Shown here in pieces: positions 27,705 through 37,134 of a stretch of DNA of 64,000 nt. Each line of letters starts with the position of its first letter. Position 1 is the stretch's first letter. This stretch comes from Longimicrobiales bacterium (GTDB lineage: Bacteria > Gemmatimonadota > Gemmatimonadetes > Longimicrobiales > Gaopeijiaceae). Under the pieces are notes generated by a model. It searched no databases. It was given only the letters and a program-made list of their open reading frames with translations, and was not told where the DNA came from. The translations under genes and the position numbers were made by a program. The stretch lies in contig CBDCVX010000019.1 of assembly GCA_965223195.1 (NCBI GenBank), positions 96,258 through 160,257 of the forward strand. Direction: 5' to 3'.

Positions 27705-29483
27705 TCAGTCGGCGGCCGGCACGGGCACCACCACCGCACCCAGCGGCCGTGACCGGGTGAGCAGGCGAACCTCGGTCAGCCCGCTGGTCAGCGCGTGTCG
27801 TGCCTTCGGATCCAGGGCGCGGACCCCGGAGTCCGACGACCGCTCTCCACCCAAGGAGCCCAACACGGGTCCCGGCCGGGACGAGCCCCGGAGGCAGAGC
27901 AGCACGGCCAGCACGGGATCGTCGCCCGAGGCGCGCGTCCACGTGTAGTGGAGGAGCCCGCGTGGAGCGTCGAGGCGAAGTGTGATCCGCGTCTCCGGCT
28001 CGATCGGTGTCCGCAGCTCCCACGAACGGGTCTCCGGTTCGCCTCCGTCTCCGAGCGGAGGCGTGGTCGGAGGGGCGGAGCGCCAGGTCCCGGCCGCTTC
28101 GTAGGCGTATGCCATCCCTACCAACCGGCGCTCGGAGCCCGGCCGGCCCAGCATCTCGATCGACACCGGGAGCCCCGCGCGGGTCCGCCCCGCCGGCATG
28201 GCCAGCGCGGGAAGGCCGCTGTGCGCGGAGAGCGCCGCGTTCGATCCGCGAAACGGCTCTCCTGCAAACGTCGGCACCTGCCGCATCGTGGGATACGCCA
28301 GCGCGTCCAGGGCGTGGTCGTCCAGCGTTGCGATCAGACGTTCACGGAGACGTCGCTGCCGTAGCCGGGCCTCGCGGGCCGCCGGAGTGTCGCGGGACGC
28401 CGGCCGCGCCCGTTTCCGAAAGCGGGCGTCCAGGGCCAAGTGGTGTAGTCCCGTCTCGACCAGGGACCCCAGGCCGTCCAGCGGCGCGCCCTCGTGCGCA
28501 GCCAGGAAGTCGGCCAGGTCGAACTTGAACTCGTGGACGATCAGGCTGGCGTCCCGCATGAGGTCCTGAAGGCCTTCGATTCGGACCGGAACCAGGGCCG
28601 CGCCACAGGCGGCCATCGACTCCAGCGCAGCATGCGCGCGAGCCCCGTAGGCGCGCTCGGCCGCGGACCGGGTCCCGAACGCCTGGCCGAGCACGCCGAT
28701 GCGGCGTCCGGCCAGCCGGTCGGTGGCCAACGATCGGCGAAACGGTCCGGGCTGGGCGTTCGAGTGGGCGTCGGCGAACGTCGCGTCCAAGCCGACGGCC
28801 AGGTCGTCCACGGTGCGCGCGAGCGGCCCCACGACGTCTTGGGTGCTGCAAAGGGGGACGATGCCCCGCATGTCGCCCGACCCCGCGGTGGGGCGCAGTC
28901 CGTAGAGGCCGCAGCACGCCGCGGGTATGCGGATCGAGCCACAGGTGTCCGTCCCCCATCCCAAGGGAGCGTACGAGGCTGCCACGGCGGCTGCGGTGCC
29001 CCCGGAGGAGCCGCCCGGATGCCGGGAAGGATCGTAGGGGTTGCGTGTCTGCCCGCCGAGGGAGCTTACCGTGGTGAGCCCCGCGGCCAGCTCATGGAGG
29101 TTGGTCTTGGCCACCACGATCGCGCCTGCGGATCGGAGGCGCGTCGTTACGGCCGCGTCGGCCGAGGCGATCCAGCCCGCCAGTGCAGCGCTGCCCGCCG
29201 TGGTGGGCAACCCGGCCACGTGGATGTTGTCCTTGACCACGACCGGAATGCCGTGGAGGACTCCCCGAGCCTCTCCGGCCCGCCGCTCCCGGTCGCGCTG
29301 CTCCGCTTCAGCGAGCGCGCGGGGATTGGCGCTCAACACGGCATTTAGACCGGGCGGTCCCTGATCGTAGAGCGCGATCCTCTCCAACGCCGCCCTCGTC
29401 AGGCGCACTGAATCCGTGGCACCGTCGGACAGCGCGTGGGTCAGGTCTGCGACGGATCGTTCGTGGAGAGGGTCGTGGCTCAC
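27705..29483 (-). CDS. Amidase-signature (AS) family amidase with about 120-aa C-terminal extension
   Basis: GGSSGGTAAAVAAS, Lys-cisSer-Ser triad context (VVKDNIHVAGLPTTAGS). Start uncertain: GTG 29483 is suggested because the ORF-track extension to 29777 would cover the start of the Ca/H antiporter gene at 29604. Confidence 0.75.
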   Translation of the reverse strand: MSHDPLHERSVADLTHALSDGATDSVRLTRAALERIALYDQGPPGLNAVLSANPRALAEAEQRDRERRAGEARGVLHGIPVVVKDNIHVAGLPTTAGSAALAGWIASADAAVTTRLRSAGAIVVAKTNLHELAAGLTTVSSLGGQTRNPYDPSRHPGGSSGGTAAAVAASYAPLGWGTDTCGSIRIPAACCGLYGLRPTAGSGDMRGIVPLCSTQDVVGPLARTVDDLAVGLDATFADAHSNAQPGPFRRSLATDRLAGRRIGVLGQAFGTRSAAERAYGARAHAALESMAACGAALVPVRIEGLQDLMRDASLIVHEFKFDLADFLAAHEGAPLDGLGSLVETGLHHLALDARFRKRARPASRDTPAAREARLRQRRLRERLIATLDDHALDALAYPTMRQVPTFAGEPFRGSNAALSAHSGLPALAMPAGRTRAGLPVSIEMLGRPGSERRLVGMAYAYEAAGTWRSAPPTTPPLGDGGEPETRSWELRTPIEPETRITLRLDAPRGLLHYTWTRASGDDPVLAVLLCLRGSSRPGPVLGSLGGERSSDSGVRALDPKARHALTSGLTEVRLLTRSRPLGAVVVPVPAAD

Positions 29484-29603
29484 TTGCGCAAAGTAGCATC
29501 CCGGGCGAGGCGCGGGCACGATCGGTAGCGACCTTCGACGATCCGCACCATCATGGTGGCGCGTAGGCACCCCTCCTCTTTCATCTCTCCTCAGGACCGG
29601 TCC

Positions 29604-30746
29604 ATGGCCGACACCCGCCGACTGTTTCGCGAGTATGGGCTTTCGCTGCTTCTGATCGCCATCCCGATTGCGCTGATCCTCGAACACGTCGTTCACGCCC
29701 CCGGGCAGTGGATCTTTCTCGCCTCGGCGATCGCGATCATTCCCCTGGCCGGTTGGATGGGCCGGTCTACGGAGCACCTGGCGGAGCGCGCAGGCGCGGG
29801 CTTGGGAGCCCTGTTGAACGCCACGTTCGGCAACGCGGCGGAGCTGATCATCGCCGTCATCGCGCTCAACGCCGGCCTCTACGATCTGGTGAAGGCGTCG
29901 ATTACGGGCTCGATCATCGGGAACATCCTCCTGGTGTTCGGACTCGCGAGCCTGTTGGGGGGGCTCAAGTTCCAGACCCAGCGTTTCAACGCCACGGCGG
30001 CGGCCATGGGCTCGACCATGCTACTGCTGAGCGCGGTCGGATTGGTCGTTCCGGCCATCTTCCACGTTTCGGTCGGGACGGCTGCAACGGAGCGGGCGCT
30101 GAGCCTCGACATCTCGATTGTGCTCATGGTGACGTACGTGCTCAGCCTGGTGTTCTCGCTACGCACGCACGCCCACCTGTATCTGGGCGGGGCGCACGCA
30201 CATCATCCACCGGGCCCTCACGATCCCGAGTCGGCACATTCGGAGGACTCGTACGATGTCGCCGAGGAGCGCCACGAGCCGTGGCCGGTGTCGGTCTCTC
30301 TGACGGTCCTTTTGATTTCTGCGGCTCTCGTTGGGATAATGAGTGAGCTGCTCGTGGGCGCGACCGAGGAGGCCGCGCACGAGTTCGGCATGAACGAAGT
30401 GTTCGTAGGCGTGATTCTGGTGGCCCTGGTAGGGAATGCCGCGGAGCATTCGACCGCGATCTTGGTGGCCATGAAGAACAAGATGGACCTGGCCATCAAC
30501 ATTGCGGTGGGGTCGTCCATTCAGGTGGCGTTGTTCGTCGCACCGCTCTTGGTGTTTTTGAGCTACGTGATCGGGCCTCAGCCGATGGACCTACGGTTTA
30601 CGACCATGGAGGTCGTGGCGGTCGGCCTGTCGGTGCTGGTGATGAGCTTGATCTCGCTCGACGGGAAGTCACACTGGATGGAGGGCGTTCAGCTACTGGC
30701 GGTGTACGTCATTCTGGGAATCGCCTTCTTCTTCTTGCCCGCCTAG
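29604..30746 (+). CDS. Ca2+/H+ antiporter (CaCA family, ChaA/Cax-like)
   Basis: Two alpha-repeats [16 protein letters not shown] / [17 protein letters not shown]; 11 predicted TM helices; likely start [12 protein letters not shown]. Confidence 0.85.
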   Translation: MADTRRLFREYGLSLLLIAIPIALILEHVVHAPGQWIFLASAIAIIPLAGWMGRSTEHLAERAGAGLGALLNATFGNAAELIIAVIALNAGLYDLVKASITGSIIGNILLVFGLASLLGGLKFQTQRFNATAAAMGSTMLLLSAVGLVVPAIFHVSVGTAATERALSLDISIVLMVTYVLSLVFSLRTHAHLYLGGAHAHHPPGPHDPESAHSEDSYDVAEERHEPWPVSVSLTVLLISAALVGIMSELLVGATEEAAHEFGMNEVFVGVILVALVGNAAEHSTAILVAMKNKMDLAINIAVGSSIQVALFVAPLLVFLSYVIGPQPMDLRFTTMEVVAVGLSVLVMSLISLDGKSHWMEGVQLLAVYVILGIAFFFLPA

Positions 30747-30770
30747 CGGGGACTTTACGCGGAGGCCTGG

Positions 30771-31181
30771 ATGCACCCTCGGAAGCTCGGACTCTGGATC
30801 GACCACCGGGAAGCCATTCTCGTATCGCTACAGGACGGAGACGTTCGCGTGGAAACGGTACGCTCGACGGTTCGCCAACACCGAAGGGCGAAGGGGGGTT
30901 CGCGCTCCAAGGTCCTGTACGGGCCGCAGGACGTGATGTCGGAGAGCAAATATCTCCGCAAGCACAAACAGCAGTTGAAGCGCTTCTATCAGGAGGTGCT
31001 GGACAAGATGAAGGACGTCTCGTCAGCGCTCGTGATTGGTCCCGGCGCAGCGAGGAGCGAGCTCCTGGCGGAGTTGGACGGGTCCACTGCGCATCGAAAC
31101 GTGTCGACCGAGACCCGCGCGGCCGAGCGCATGACCCAGCCCCAACTCATCGCGCTGGTGAAGGAGCACTTCGGCGAGTAG
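30771..31181 (+). CDS. Host-attachment-protein-like (baeRF1-fold) small cytoplasmic protein
   Basis: 136 aa; N-terminus LGLWIDHREAILVSLQDGDV resembles the Hap family (TWVLVADGSRARIF...); weak call. Confidence 0.45.
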   Translation: MHPRKLGLWIDHREAILVSLQDGDVRVETVRSTVRQHRRAKGGSRSKVLYGPQDVMSESKYLRKHKQQLKRFYQEVLDKMKDVSSALVIGPGAARSELLAELDGSTAHRNVSTETRAAERMTQPQLIALVKEHFGE

Positions 31182-31184
31182 AGG

Positions 31185-31218
31185 GTCCGGCCCGCGAGAC
31201 GACTCGCGCGGGCCGGAC
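31185..31218. terminator. Bidirectional hairpin terminator between convergent genes
   Basis: GTCCGGCCCGCGAG-acgac-TCGCGCGGGCCGGAC (14-bp stem, one 2-nt bulge); the following tract is U-poor. Confidence 0.45.
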
Positions 31219-31229
31219 GACCCTTCGGG

Positions 31230-32771
31230 TTACTCTTCCGGCGGCACCGGACCGCTCGGGAGTTGCTGGGGAGGGTCCGCCGCCTCCTCCGCGTCCGCCT
31301 GTCCTGCCGCCCGCTTGAGGACTGCTTCCAGATCGATCCCGAAGCTGTTCGTCACGTTCTCGAGGACCGCGAGCGCCGCGTTCACACGGGCCGATGCCGC
31401 CTGTCCCATGCCGTCGCCGGCCGAGTCCGCCACCGTGAGCCGGTCGATGCGAATGTCCTTCACCGCGTCCACGGCCGTTCCGAAGAGCTCCGGCATCTTC
31501 TCCATCACGAGAGCGGCAAACGCGTGGTTCCCGCCGCGCTGAAGCTGGTCGTAGAGGAGGTGGAGCACCTCGGCGTTGGCCTTTCCCCGCTCCAGGATGG
31601 GCGCGGCCGTCGCTCGGGCCTCGGCGTGGGCCGCCAGCTCTTGGGCCTCGGCCGGCTCGACCACCTCGGCCCGTAGGCGCTCCCGGGTCATCTCGACCCG
31701 CTTCTCTTCGAGCAGGCGCTGGGCCTCCACCTCGGCCCGCCGCGCCTCGACCATGGCGACCTTTTCGGCCGTTTCTCCCTCTCGGTCCAGGTCCGCCTGC
31801 CTTACCCTCAGCCGGTTCTCCGCCTCGGCGATCTCCACGTTGGCGTTCGCCTGGGCCACCTCGGCCCGCTTCTGCGCCTCGGCCTGCTGCTCCCGAATCG
31901 CGGCCGTGGCGTCCGCCTCCGCGATCTCGGCCAACCTGCGCGCCTCGGCCTGCTTCTCGCGGGTCTCGGCCTCCCGCTCCGCCTCGGCGACTTCGGCCCT
32001 CATCTTGGCCGATGCCTTGATCTCCTCGATGTCCGCCTCCGCCTGGGCTTCGGCGATCTCGGCCTGGCGGCGGGCGTCCGCCTCACGCTGACGCGTCTCC
32101 GCCTCCCGCTCGGCTTCGGCCACCTTCGCCTGCTTCAGGATCTCCGCGGTTTGGGCGCGGCCGATGGCCTCCAGGTAGCCGACTTCGTCGCTCACGTTCT
32201 GGATCTTGAGCACGTCCAACTGGAACCCGAGCTGGCTCAAGTCATCGGCCGCTTCCTCTGTGAGCCGCTGCGCGAAGGTCAGCCGGTCTTCGTTGACCTC
32301 CTCGGGGGTGAGCGTGGCCAGCACGCCACGCAGGTTCCCCATCAGGGTCTCTTGGGCCAGCGCCATGATTTCGCCTTCGGTCTTCCCGAGCAGGCGCTCG
32401 ACCGCGTTGTTGAACACGCTCTCCGGCTCCGACGCGATCTTCACGTTGGCCACGGCGTCCACGTTGAGCGGGATGCCGCCCCTGGAGAACGCGTTCCGTA
32501 CGGTGACCTCGAGCTTGACGGTCTCGAGGGGCAGGTAGTCGACCGTCTCCACGATCGGCACGCGGAGCGTGCGTCCACCGATGACGCTGCGGTATCCCAC
32601 GGTGGATCCGTCCGTGATGGCTCTCCGTCGACCCGTGATGACGGCCGCGGCGTTGGGGGGCACGATGACGATGAGCCGCTGGATCGTTGCGATCAAAACG
32701 ATCAGCACGATGACGATGGCGATCGCCGCTACGATGACGGCGCCCAACGGTCCTGACAGAAGCGTTTCCAT
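31230..32771 (-). CDS. Flotillin / SPFH (band-7) domain protein with long EA-repeat coiled coil
   Basis: N-terminal TM helix, SPFH core (IVPPNAAAVITGRR...TVDYLPLETVKLEVTVRNAF...), then highly repetitive AEAEREAETRQ... coiled coil and a C-terminal flotillin tail. Confidence 0.85.
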   Translation of the reverse strand: METLLSGPLGAVIVAAIAIVIVLIVLIATIQRLIVIVPPNAAAVITGRRRAITDGSTVGYRSVIGGRTLRVPIVETVDYLPLETVKLEVTVRNAFSRGGIPLNVDAVANVKIASEPESVFNNAVERLLGKTEGEIMALAQETLMGNLRGVLATLTPEEVNEDRLTFAQRLTEEAADDLSQLGFQLDVLKIQNVSDEVGYLEAIGRAQTAEILKQAKVAEAEREAETRQREADARRQAEIAEAQAEADIEEIKASAKMRAEVAEAEREAETREKQAEARRLAEIAEADATAAIREQQAEAQKRAEVAQANANVEIAEAENRLRVRQADLDREGETAEKVAMVEARRAEVEAQRLLEEKRVEMTRERLRAEVVEPAEAQELAAHAEARATAAPILERGKANAEVLHLLYDQLQRGGNHAFAALVMEKMPELFGTAVDAVKDIRIDRLTVADSAGDGMGQAASARVNAALAVLENVTNSFGIDLEAVLKRAAGQADAEEAADPPQQLPSGPVPPEE

Positions 32772-32855
32772 GGTTGTTTCCTTTCTTCAGGGAACGTTGT
32801 CGTTCCTTGACTGAACACGCGTAAGTCCCCTGTGCGAGACCCCCATACCTGGATA

Positions 32856-33473
32856 CTAGCGCTGCTCCGGCGGTTCCGGACTACCCTCGTCCAGGAGCAG
32901 CCCCTCGTTCTCGGGTACGACCAGCGCCCGCCCGTCCTTCATCTCCACGACGATCACGCTGCGCCACTCGCTCGCGTCGCCGACTCCCCGCTCGTAGGGC
33001 ACGGCGAGCAGGTCGTAGAACCGGTCTCCACGCTCCACGCGCACCTGGCCGGTGCCGCCTGCGCTGAAGGGAACGGTCATCCGGCCCATCAGCCCCACGA
33101 ACGAGCTCTCCTCCAGCCGAGCTCCGCTGTCTGACCGCTTGAGCCAACTGAAGATGGCCGTGGCCAGGTATCCGCTGACCACACCCGAAGCTCCGGCAAC
33201 GGCTGCGGTGAGCCCTGCGTTCGCGCCGCCCCAGAGCAGGCTCAGCGCCGTGCCCACCAAGCCGAATCCGAGGAGCGTATAGAGCAGGCCTCGGATCGAG
33301 AAGATCTTGAAGGCCTGGATATCCGTTTCGGTTTCGACCTCCAGGTCCGCATCGACGTCCACGTCCACGTCGGTGTCGACGTCGGCGACGTCCAGATCCA
33401 AGAAATCGGCGAACACGGCCGCGCCCAACAGGCCGCCGCTCAGCAAGAGACAAAACACGTACACGACGAACAT
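32856..33473 (-). CDS. NfeD-like (YqiJ-type) membrane protein with C-terminal OB-fold, partner of flotillin
   Basis: TM helices then LEESSFVGLMGRMTVPFSAGGTGQVRVERGDRFYDLLAV (NfeD OB-fold signature); located immediately upstream of the flotillin gene on the same strand; start at ATG 33473 (MFVVYVF...). Confidence 0.7.
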   Translation of the reverse strand: MFVVYVFCLLLSGGLLGAAVFADFLDLDVADVDTDVDVDVDADLEVETETDIQAFKIFSIRGLLYTLLGFGLVGTALSLLWGGANAGLTAAVAGASGVVSGYLATAIFSWLKRSDSGARLEESSFVGLMGRMTVPFSAGGTGQVRVERGDRFYDLLAVPYERGVGDASEWRSVIVVEMKDGRALVVPENEGLLLDEGSPEPPEQR

Positions 33474-33510
33474 GGCGCTTCCTCGGGTCAGCAGTGCCGG
33501 GTCGTGGCCG

Positions 33511-34710
33511 TCATGTCTTCCACACTTCCCCGAACAGTCTGCGGAAATTTCCTCCGATGATCTTTTCGACACGCGTTTCGGAGTGGCCGCGTTCCAGTAG
33601 GCCTTCCGCGATACGGAGCATGCGATCGGGCGAGTTGAGTCCTTCCACGAATAGCACCTCGTGTTCTCGTGGAGCTCCGATTCCCAGCCGAGCCCGCTCG
33701 TCCGCGAACGCGTACAACGCCGTCAGGTACGCCTGGTCGGCGACGGTGGGCGTGATGGAGTTGTCGCTTCCCACGCCGACGTGATCCTCGCCGCATACGT
33801 CGACCGCGTGTTCCACATGCTGGAAAAAGTGCTCCGTCTGGGCCGGGCCCTCGGCGTTCAGGAACGGCATCATGTAGATGCCCACGACACCCCCGCCCTC
33901 CGCCATCGCACGGAGGGTTTCGTCGTCCTTGCTCCTTGGATGATCGAAGACCGTCCGACAGCCACTGTGGGTGATCGAAACGGGTTGCGTGGACAGGGCG
34001 ATGGCGTCCGAGGTCGTGCGGTCTCCACAGTGCGAAAGGTCGACCAGCATGCCGATCTCGTTCATCCGAGCCACGACGTCCCGCCCGAACGAAGTGAGCC
34101 CTCTGTCGTCGGGGTGTAGGCATCCGAAGCCCACGCGGTTGGCCTGGTTGTACGTGAGCTGGGTGATCCGCACGCCCAGGTCGTAGAACAGGTTCACGCG
34201 CTCGATGTCGGAGCCGAACATGGTCGTGTCCTGGAATCCCAGGATCAGCCCGAGGCGCTCGCTCTCCCGGGCCGCATCGAGGTCTCCGGCCGAGCGAATC
34301 CGTGCGAAGACGTCCGGGTGCCCGGTGGCTTCCCTCTCGAAGTACGCGACGTGCCGGAGCGTGTCCGCAAACGCCTGGTCCCCGACTCCTCCGCCGCTCA
34401 CGGTGACGTTGACGGCCGTGATGCCCGACGCGCGGACGTTGAGGATCATGTCGTCGGTGAGGGGCTGTGCAATTCGATCCTGCACATTGAAGGGGCCGGG
34501 GCTGGCGAGGGCGTCGATGACCATGGCGGAACGGTAGGGGGGCCAGTGGTCGACCGGTCCGCCCGGCTCCACTTCCGGTGGTCCGGTGGGCCGATCGGGC
34601 TCGCGGTCGTCCGGTGGCGCGCACCCCACCAGAGCCGCCGCCCAGCCGGTGGCGGCAAGACGGCCGAAGTCGCGACGCGTCAGCTCGCGCCCGAAAACGG
34701 ATGGATTCAT
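33511..34710 (-). CDS. Membrane dipeptidase (peptidase M19 family) with Tat-type signal and lipobox
   Basis: RRDFGRLAATGWAAALVGC twin-arginine/lipobox; M19 motifs (VIDALAS..., LTYNQANRVGFGC, VDLSHCGDRT, VGVGSD..., HSET.VEKIIGGNFRRLF). Confidence 0.85.
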   Translation of the reverse strand: MNPSVFGRELTRRDFGRLAATGWAAALVGCAPPDDREPDRPTGPPEVEPGGPVDHWPPYRSAMVIDALASPGPFNVQDRIAQPLTDDMILNVRASGITAVNVTVSGGGVGDQAFADTLRHVAYFEREATGHPDVFARIRSAGDLDAARESERLGLILGFQDTTMFGSDIERVNLFYDLGVRITQLTYNQANRVGFGCLHPDDRGLTSFGRDVVARMNEIGMLVDLSHCGDRTTSDAIALSTQPVSITHSGCRTVFDHPRSKDDETLRAMAEGGGVVGIYMMPFLNAEGPAQTEHFFQHVEHAVDVCGEDHVGVGSDNSITPTVADQAYLTALYAFADERARLGIGAPREHEVLFVEGLNSPDRMLRIAEGLLERGHSETRVEKIIGGNFRRLFGEVWKT

Positions 34711-34930
34711 GGCATCACGGAGGAGAGAGGGGCGACGCACGCACTCTACCGGGCCGGCGTGAACCCCTCAAGGCCACGCGGTCCGCGTGCTGCGCGCCAG
34801 CCGCGTCGGCGCACCATGCGCAACCGCGCCGATTTTCCTACCATGGCCGATCCACCGACGCCTTCCGTCGATGGGACCATCGGCCGGACCAACCCACCAG
34901 GGCAGAGCTGCCCTAGGAGGCGGAAACCGA

Positions 34931-36247
34931 GTGACGGATCTTGGCTCCGAACGGGTGCCCGCGCCGCCGCTCTCCGCGGCCCTGGGCGCCCGGCTGTCCG
35001 CGATGATGTTCCTCCAGTACGCGATCTGGGGGGCCTGGCTGCCGCTCCTGTGGCCGTTTCTCTCCGATCACCGCGGCCTCTCGGGCGGACAGATCGGAAA
35101 CATCCTCGCGGTGGGGGCGGTGGGAGCGATCCTGGCTCCGTTCATCGCCGGTCAGATTGCCGATCGCCACGTGGCCACCGAGAAGTTTCTGGGACTCAGC
35201 CATCTGCTCGGGGCTGCCGTGGTGTGGCAACTGGCTCGCGTGGAGGCGTACGGCGCGTTCCTGGCCCTCTCGCTTCTCTATTCGCTCATCTACGCGCCCA
35301 CGCTGTCGTTGACCAACTCGCTGGCGTTCCACCACATGCCGGACCGCGACCGCGACTTCGGCAGGGTCAGGGTATGGGGCACGGTCGGATGGATCGTCGT
35401 GGGCATCGGCATCGGGCAATGGCTCCTTCGCCGACACACTCCGCTCGACGCCGCCGGGCTGGAGGTGGTGGCGGCCCAGGCTGCCGGCATGGCCGACGCG
35501 TTTCGGCTGAGCGCCGTGCTCGGTCTGCTCATGGGGCTCTATTGCTTCACGCTTCCGGCGACGCCGCCCTCGCGCGCGGACGAGGCGAACGCGCCGATGA
35601 GGGCGTTGAAGGAGGTTCGCGGGCAGCCTCTCCTCACGCTGTTCCTCCTGGCCGTTCCCATCTCCTGCATCCACCAGTTCTACTTCGTGCACACCGCCGG
35701 TTTCTTGCAGCGCTACCAAACCGACGCCGCCGACCTGCTCAACCGCATCTTCGGGGTCGGCGGGGCAGGGCTCATGACCCTGGGTCAGATGTCCGAGATC
35801 GTGGTCCTGGCCGCAATACCTGTCGTGGCGAAATCCGTCTCCAGGAAGACGTTTTTGGCCGTCGGCATAGCGGCGTACGCGCTGCGCTTCCTGATCTTCG
35901 CGCAAGCGGAGTCACTCGGGTTGGGTGCGGTGGTGTTCGGGGTCGCCCTGCACGGGCTCTGCTTCGGGTGCTTCATCTTCGTTGCGTTCATGATCGTAGA
36001 CGAGGAGAGCGGGGCCGACGTGCGCGCCAGCGCCCAAAGCCTGTTCAACGTGGTGATCGTCGGGGTCGGGACCATCGTCGGGAGCAAGATCGCGGGATGG
36101 GTTGCCGACTGGGCCACCCTCCCGGGAGGCGAGCTGGACTATCAGCGGTTATTCTCCGTACCGCTTTGGGCCTCAACGGTTTGTTTGGTGGTCCTCATGT
36201 TGTTCTATCCGGGCGGACGCGCTGCCCAAGCCGGGGAGGCCGGTTGA
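34931..36247 (+). CDS. MFS transporter of the nucleoside:H+ symporter (NHS, NupG/XapB-like) family
   Basis: MMFLQYAIWGAWLPLL...ILAVGAVGAILAPFIAGQIADR matches the NHS N-terminal signature; 12 TM helices; GTG 34931 has a GGAGG SD at -9. The 815-aa ORF 34318..36765 is a composite read-through. Confidence 0.8.
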   Translation: MTDLGSERVPAPPLSAALGARLSAMMFLQYAIWGAWLPLLWPFLSDHRGLSGGQIGNILAVGAVGAILAPFIAGQIADRHVATEKFLGLSHLLGAAVVWQLARVEAYGAFLALSLLYSLIYAPTLSLTNSLAFHHMPDRDRDFGRVRVWGTVGWIVVGIGIGQWLLRRHTPLDAAGLEVVAAQAAGMADAFRLSAVLGLLMGLYCFTLPATPPSRADEANAPMRALKEVRGQPLLTLFLLAVPISCIHQFYFVHTAGFLQRYQTDAADLLNRIFGVGGAGLMTLGQMSEIVVLAAIPVVAKSVSRKTFLAVGIAAYALRFLIFAQAESLGLGAVVFGVALHGLCFGCFIFVAFMIVDEESGADVRASAQSLFNVVIVGVGTIVGSKIAGWVADWATLPGGELDYQRLFSVPLWASTVCLVVLMLFYPGGRAAQAGEAG

Positions 36248-36267
36248 ACTCACATTTCATTGCCGAC

Positions 36268-36765
36268 GTGCAAGCCGTGATCGAGTCGGCCAAGGCGCGC
36301 GACGACGGCAAGCTGCGGCGCTACATCCACGACAAGGTGCCCGACGCGGAGGACGCGGAGCTGAACGAGGCCACCGAGTCCGCGCTGGCCGTGATCGAAA
36401 CCGTGCCGATTCTGCTGTACGAGGCCCTGAAAGCGGCCAGGGAGCGGGGGGTGGAACGCACCGTCGACCCGCTGCTCCGCCACGCCGCCCGCTACTTCGT
36501 AGAGCCCGTCGACCTCATTCCCGAGATGACGCAAGGCGCGGCAGGGCTACTCGACGACGCCTACCTGTCCATCAAGATCCTCCAGCACCTCAACTCCGGA
36601 CCGCAGCAGTTCTTCGAGTGGGACTTCGACCGGCCGCTCAGCTACCTGAGGGCGTTGGTGGGCACCGAGATCGCCACGCAGCTCGATGCGCTGTCGGTCC
36701 ATGCCCTGCGCGACGTCTCCGACTCGGTTTCGAAAGTATGGAGACACCTAGCCCGCGAAGCCTAA
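36268..36765 (+). CDS. DUF1232 (YkvA-like) domain protein
   Basis: VDLIPEMTQGAAGLLDDAYL is the DUF1232 core motif; GTG start candidates at 36268 and 36277 just after the MFS stop; no obvious SD. Confidence 0.5.
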   Translation: MQAVIESAKARDDGKLRRYIHDKVPDAEDAELNEATESALAVIETVPILLYEALKAARERGVERTVDPLLRHAARYFVEPVDLIPEMTQGAAGLLDDAYLSIKILQHLNSGPQQFFEWDFDRPLSYLRALVGTEIATQLDALSVHALRDVSDSVSKVWRHLAREA

Positions 36766-36815
36766 GGTGAGGCCGGGGCGGCACGGCCCCGTCTCCGGCG
36801 TTGGCGCTCCTCAAC

Positions 36816-37096
36816 GTAGCTATCGCTACGCCTTCGTCACGCCGCCTTGGATCCGGGACCGTGGCGCTCCCGGCAGACCGGGTTGGGATGTTCACTGCGG
36901 TCGGCTGGCTGGCGGTCGGATCGCCTGGGTTGGCGGTTCTCGGCGTAGCTGGCGCTACGCCTTCGTCACGCCGCCTTGGATCCGGGACCGTGGCGCTCTC
37001 GGCAGACCGGGTTGGGATGTTCACTGCGGTTGGCTGGCTGGCGGTCGGATCGCCTGGGTTGGCGGTTCTCGGCGTAGCTGGCGCTACGCCTTCGTG
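36816..37096. repeat. Noncoding 129-bp tandem direct repeat, 2.2 copies (plus a degenerate partial copy upstream from about 36790), about 97% identical
   Basis: Unit GTAGCT(A/G)(T/G)CGCTACGCCTTCGTCACGCCGCCTTGGATCCGGGACCGTGGCGCTC(C/T)CGGCAGACCGGGTTGGGATGTTCACTGCGGT(C/T)GGCTGGCTGGCGGTCGGATCGCCTGGGTTGGCGGTTCTCGGC begins at 36816, 36945 and 37074 (third copy truncated after 23 nt). Lies between convergent genes; all overlapping ORFs are repeat-derived junk. Confidence 0.8.
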
Positions 37097-37134
37097 GGGC
37101 TCCTCGACCTTGTTCGCTGCGGGTCTCGGTCGTG

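Noticed and set aside
34318-36765. 815-aa composite ORF
   Set aside because: It is a read-through frame. Only two segments are credible: the MFS transporter (its own frame, 34931-36247) and the DUF1232 tail (36268-36765). The N-terminal 200 aa are antisense to the dipeptidase gene
36816-37096. Possible CRISPR array
   Set aside because: Repeat unit is 129 bp with no intervening unique spacers; not CRISPR-like
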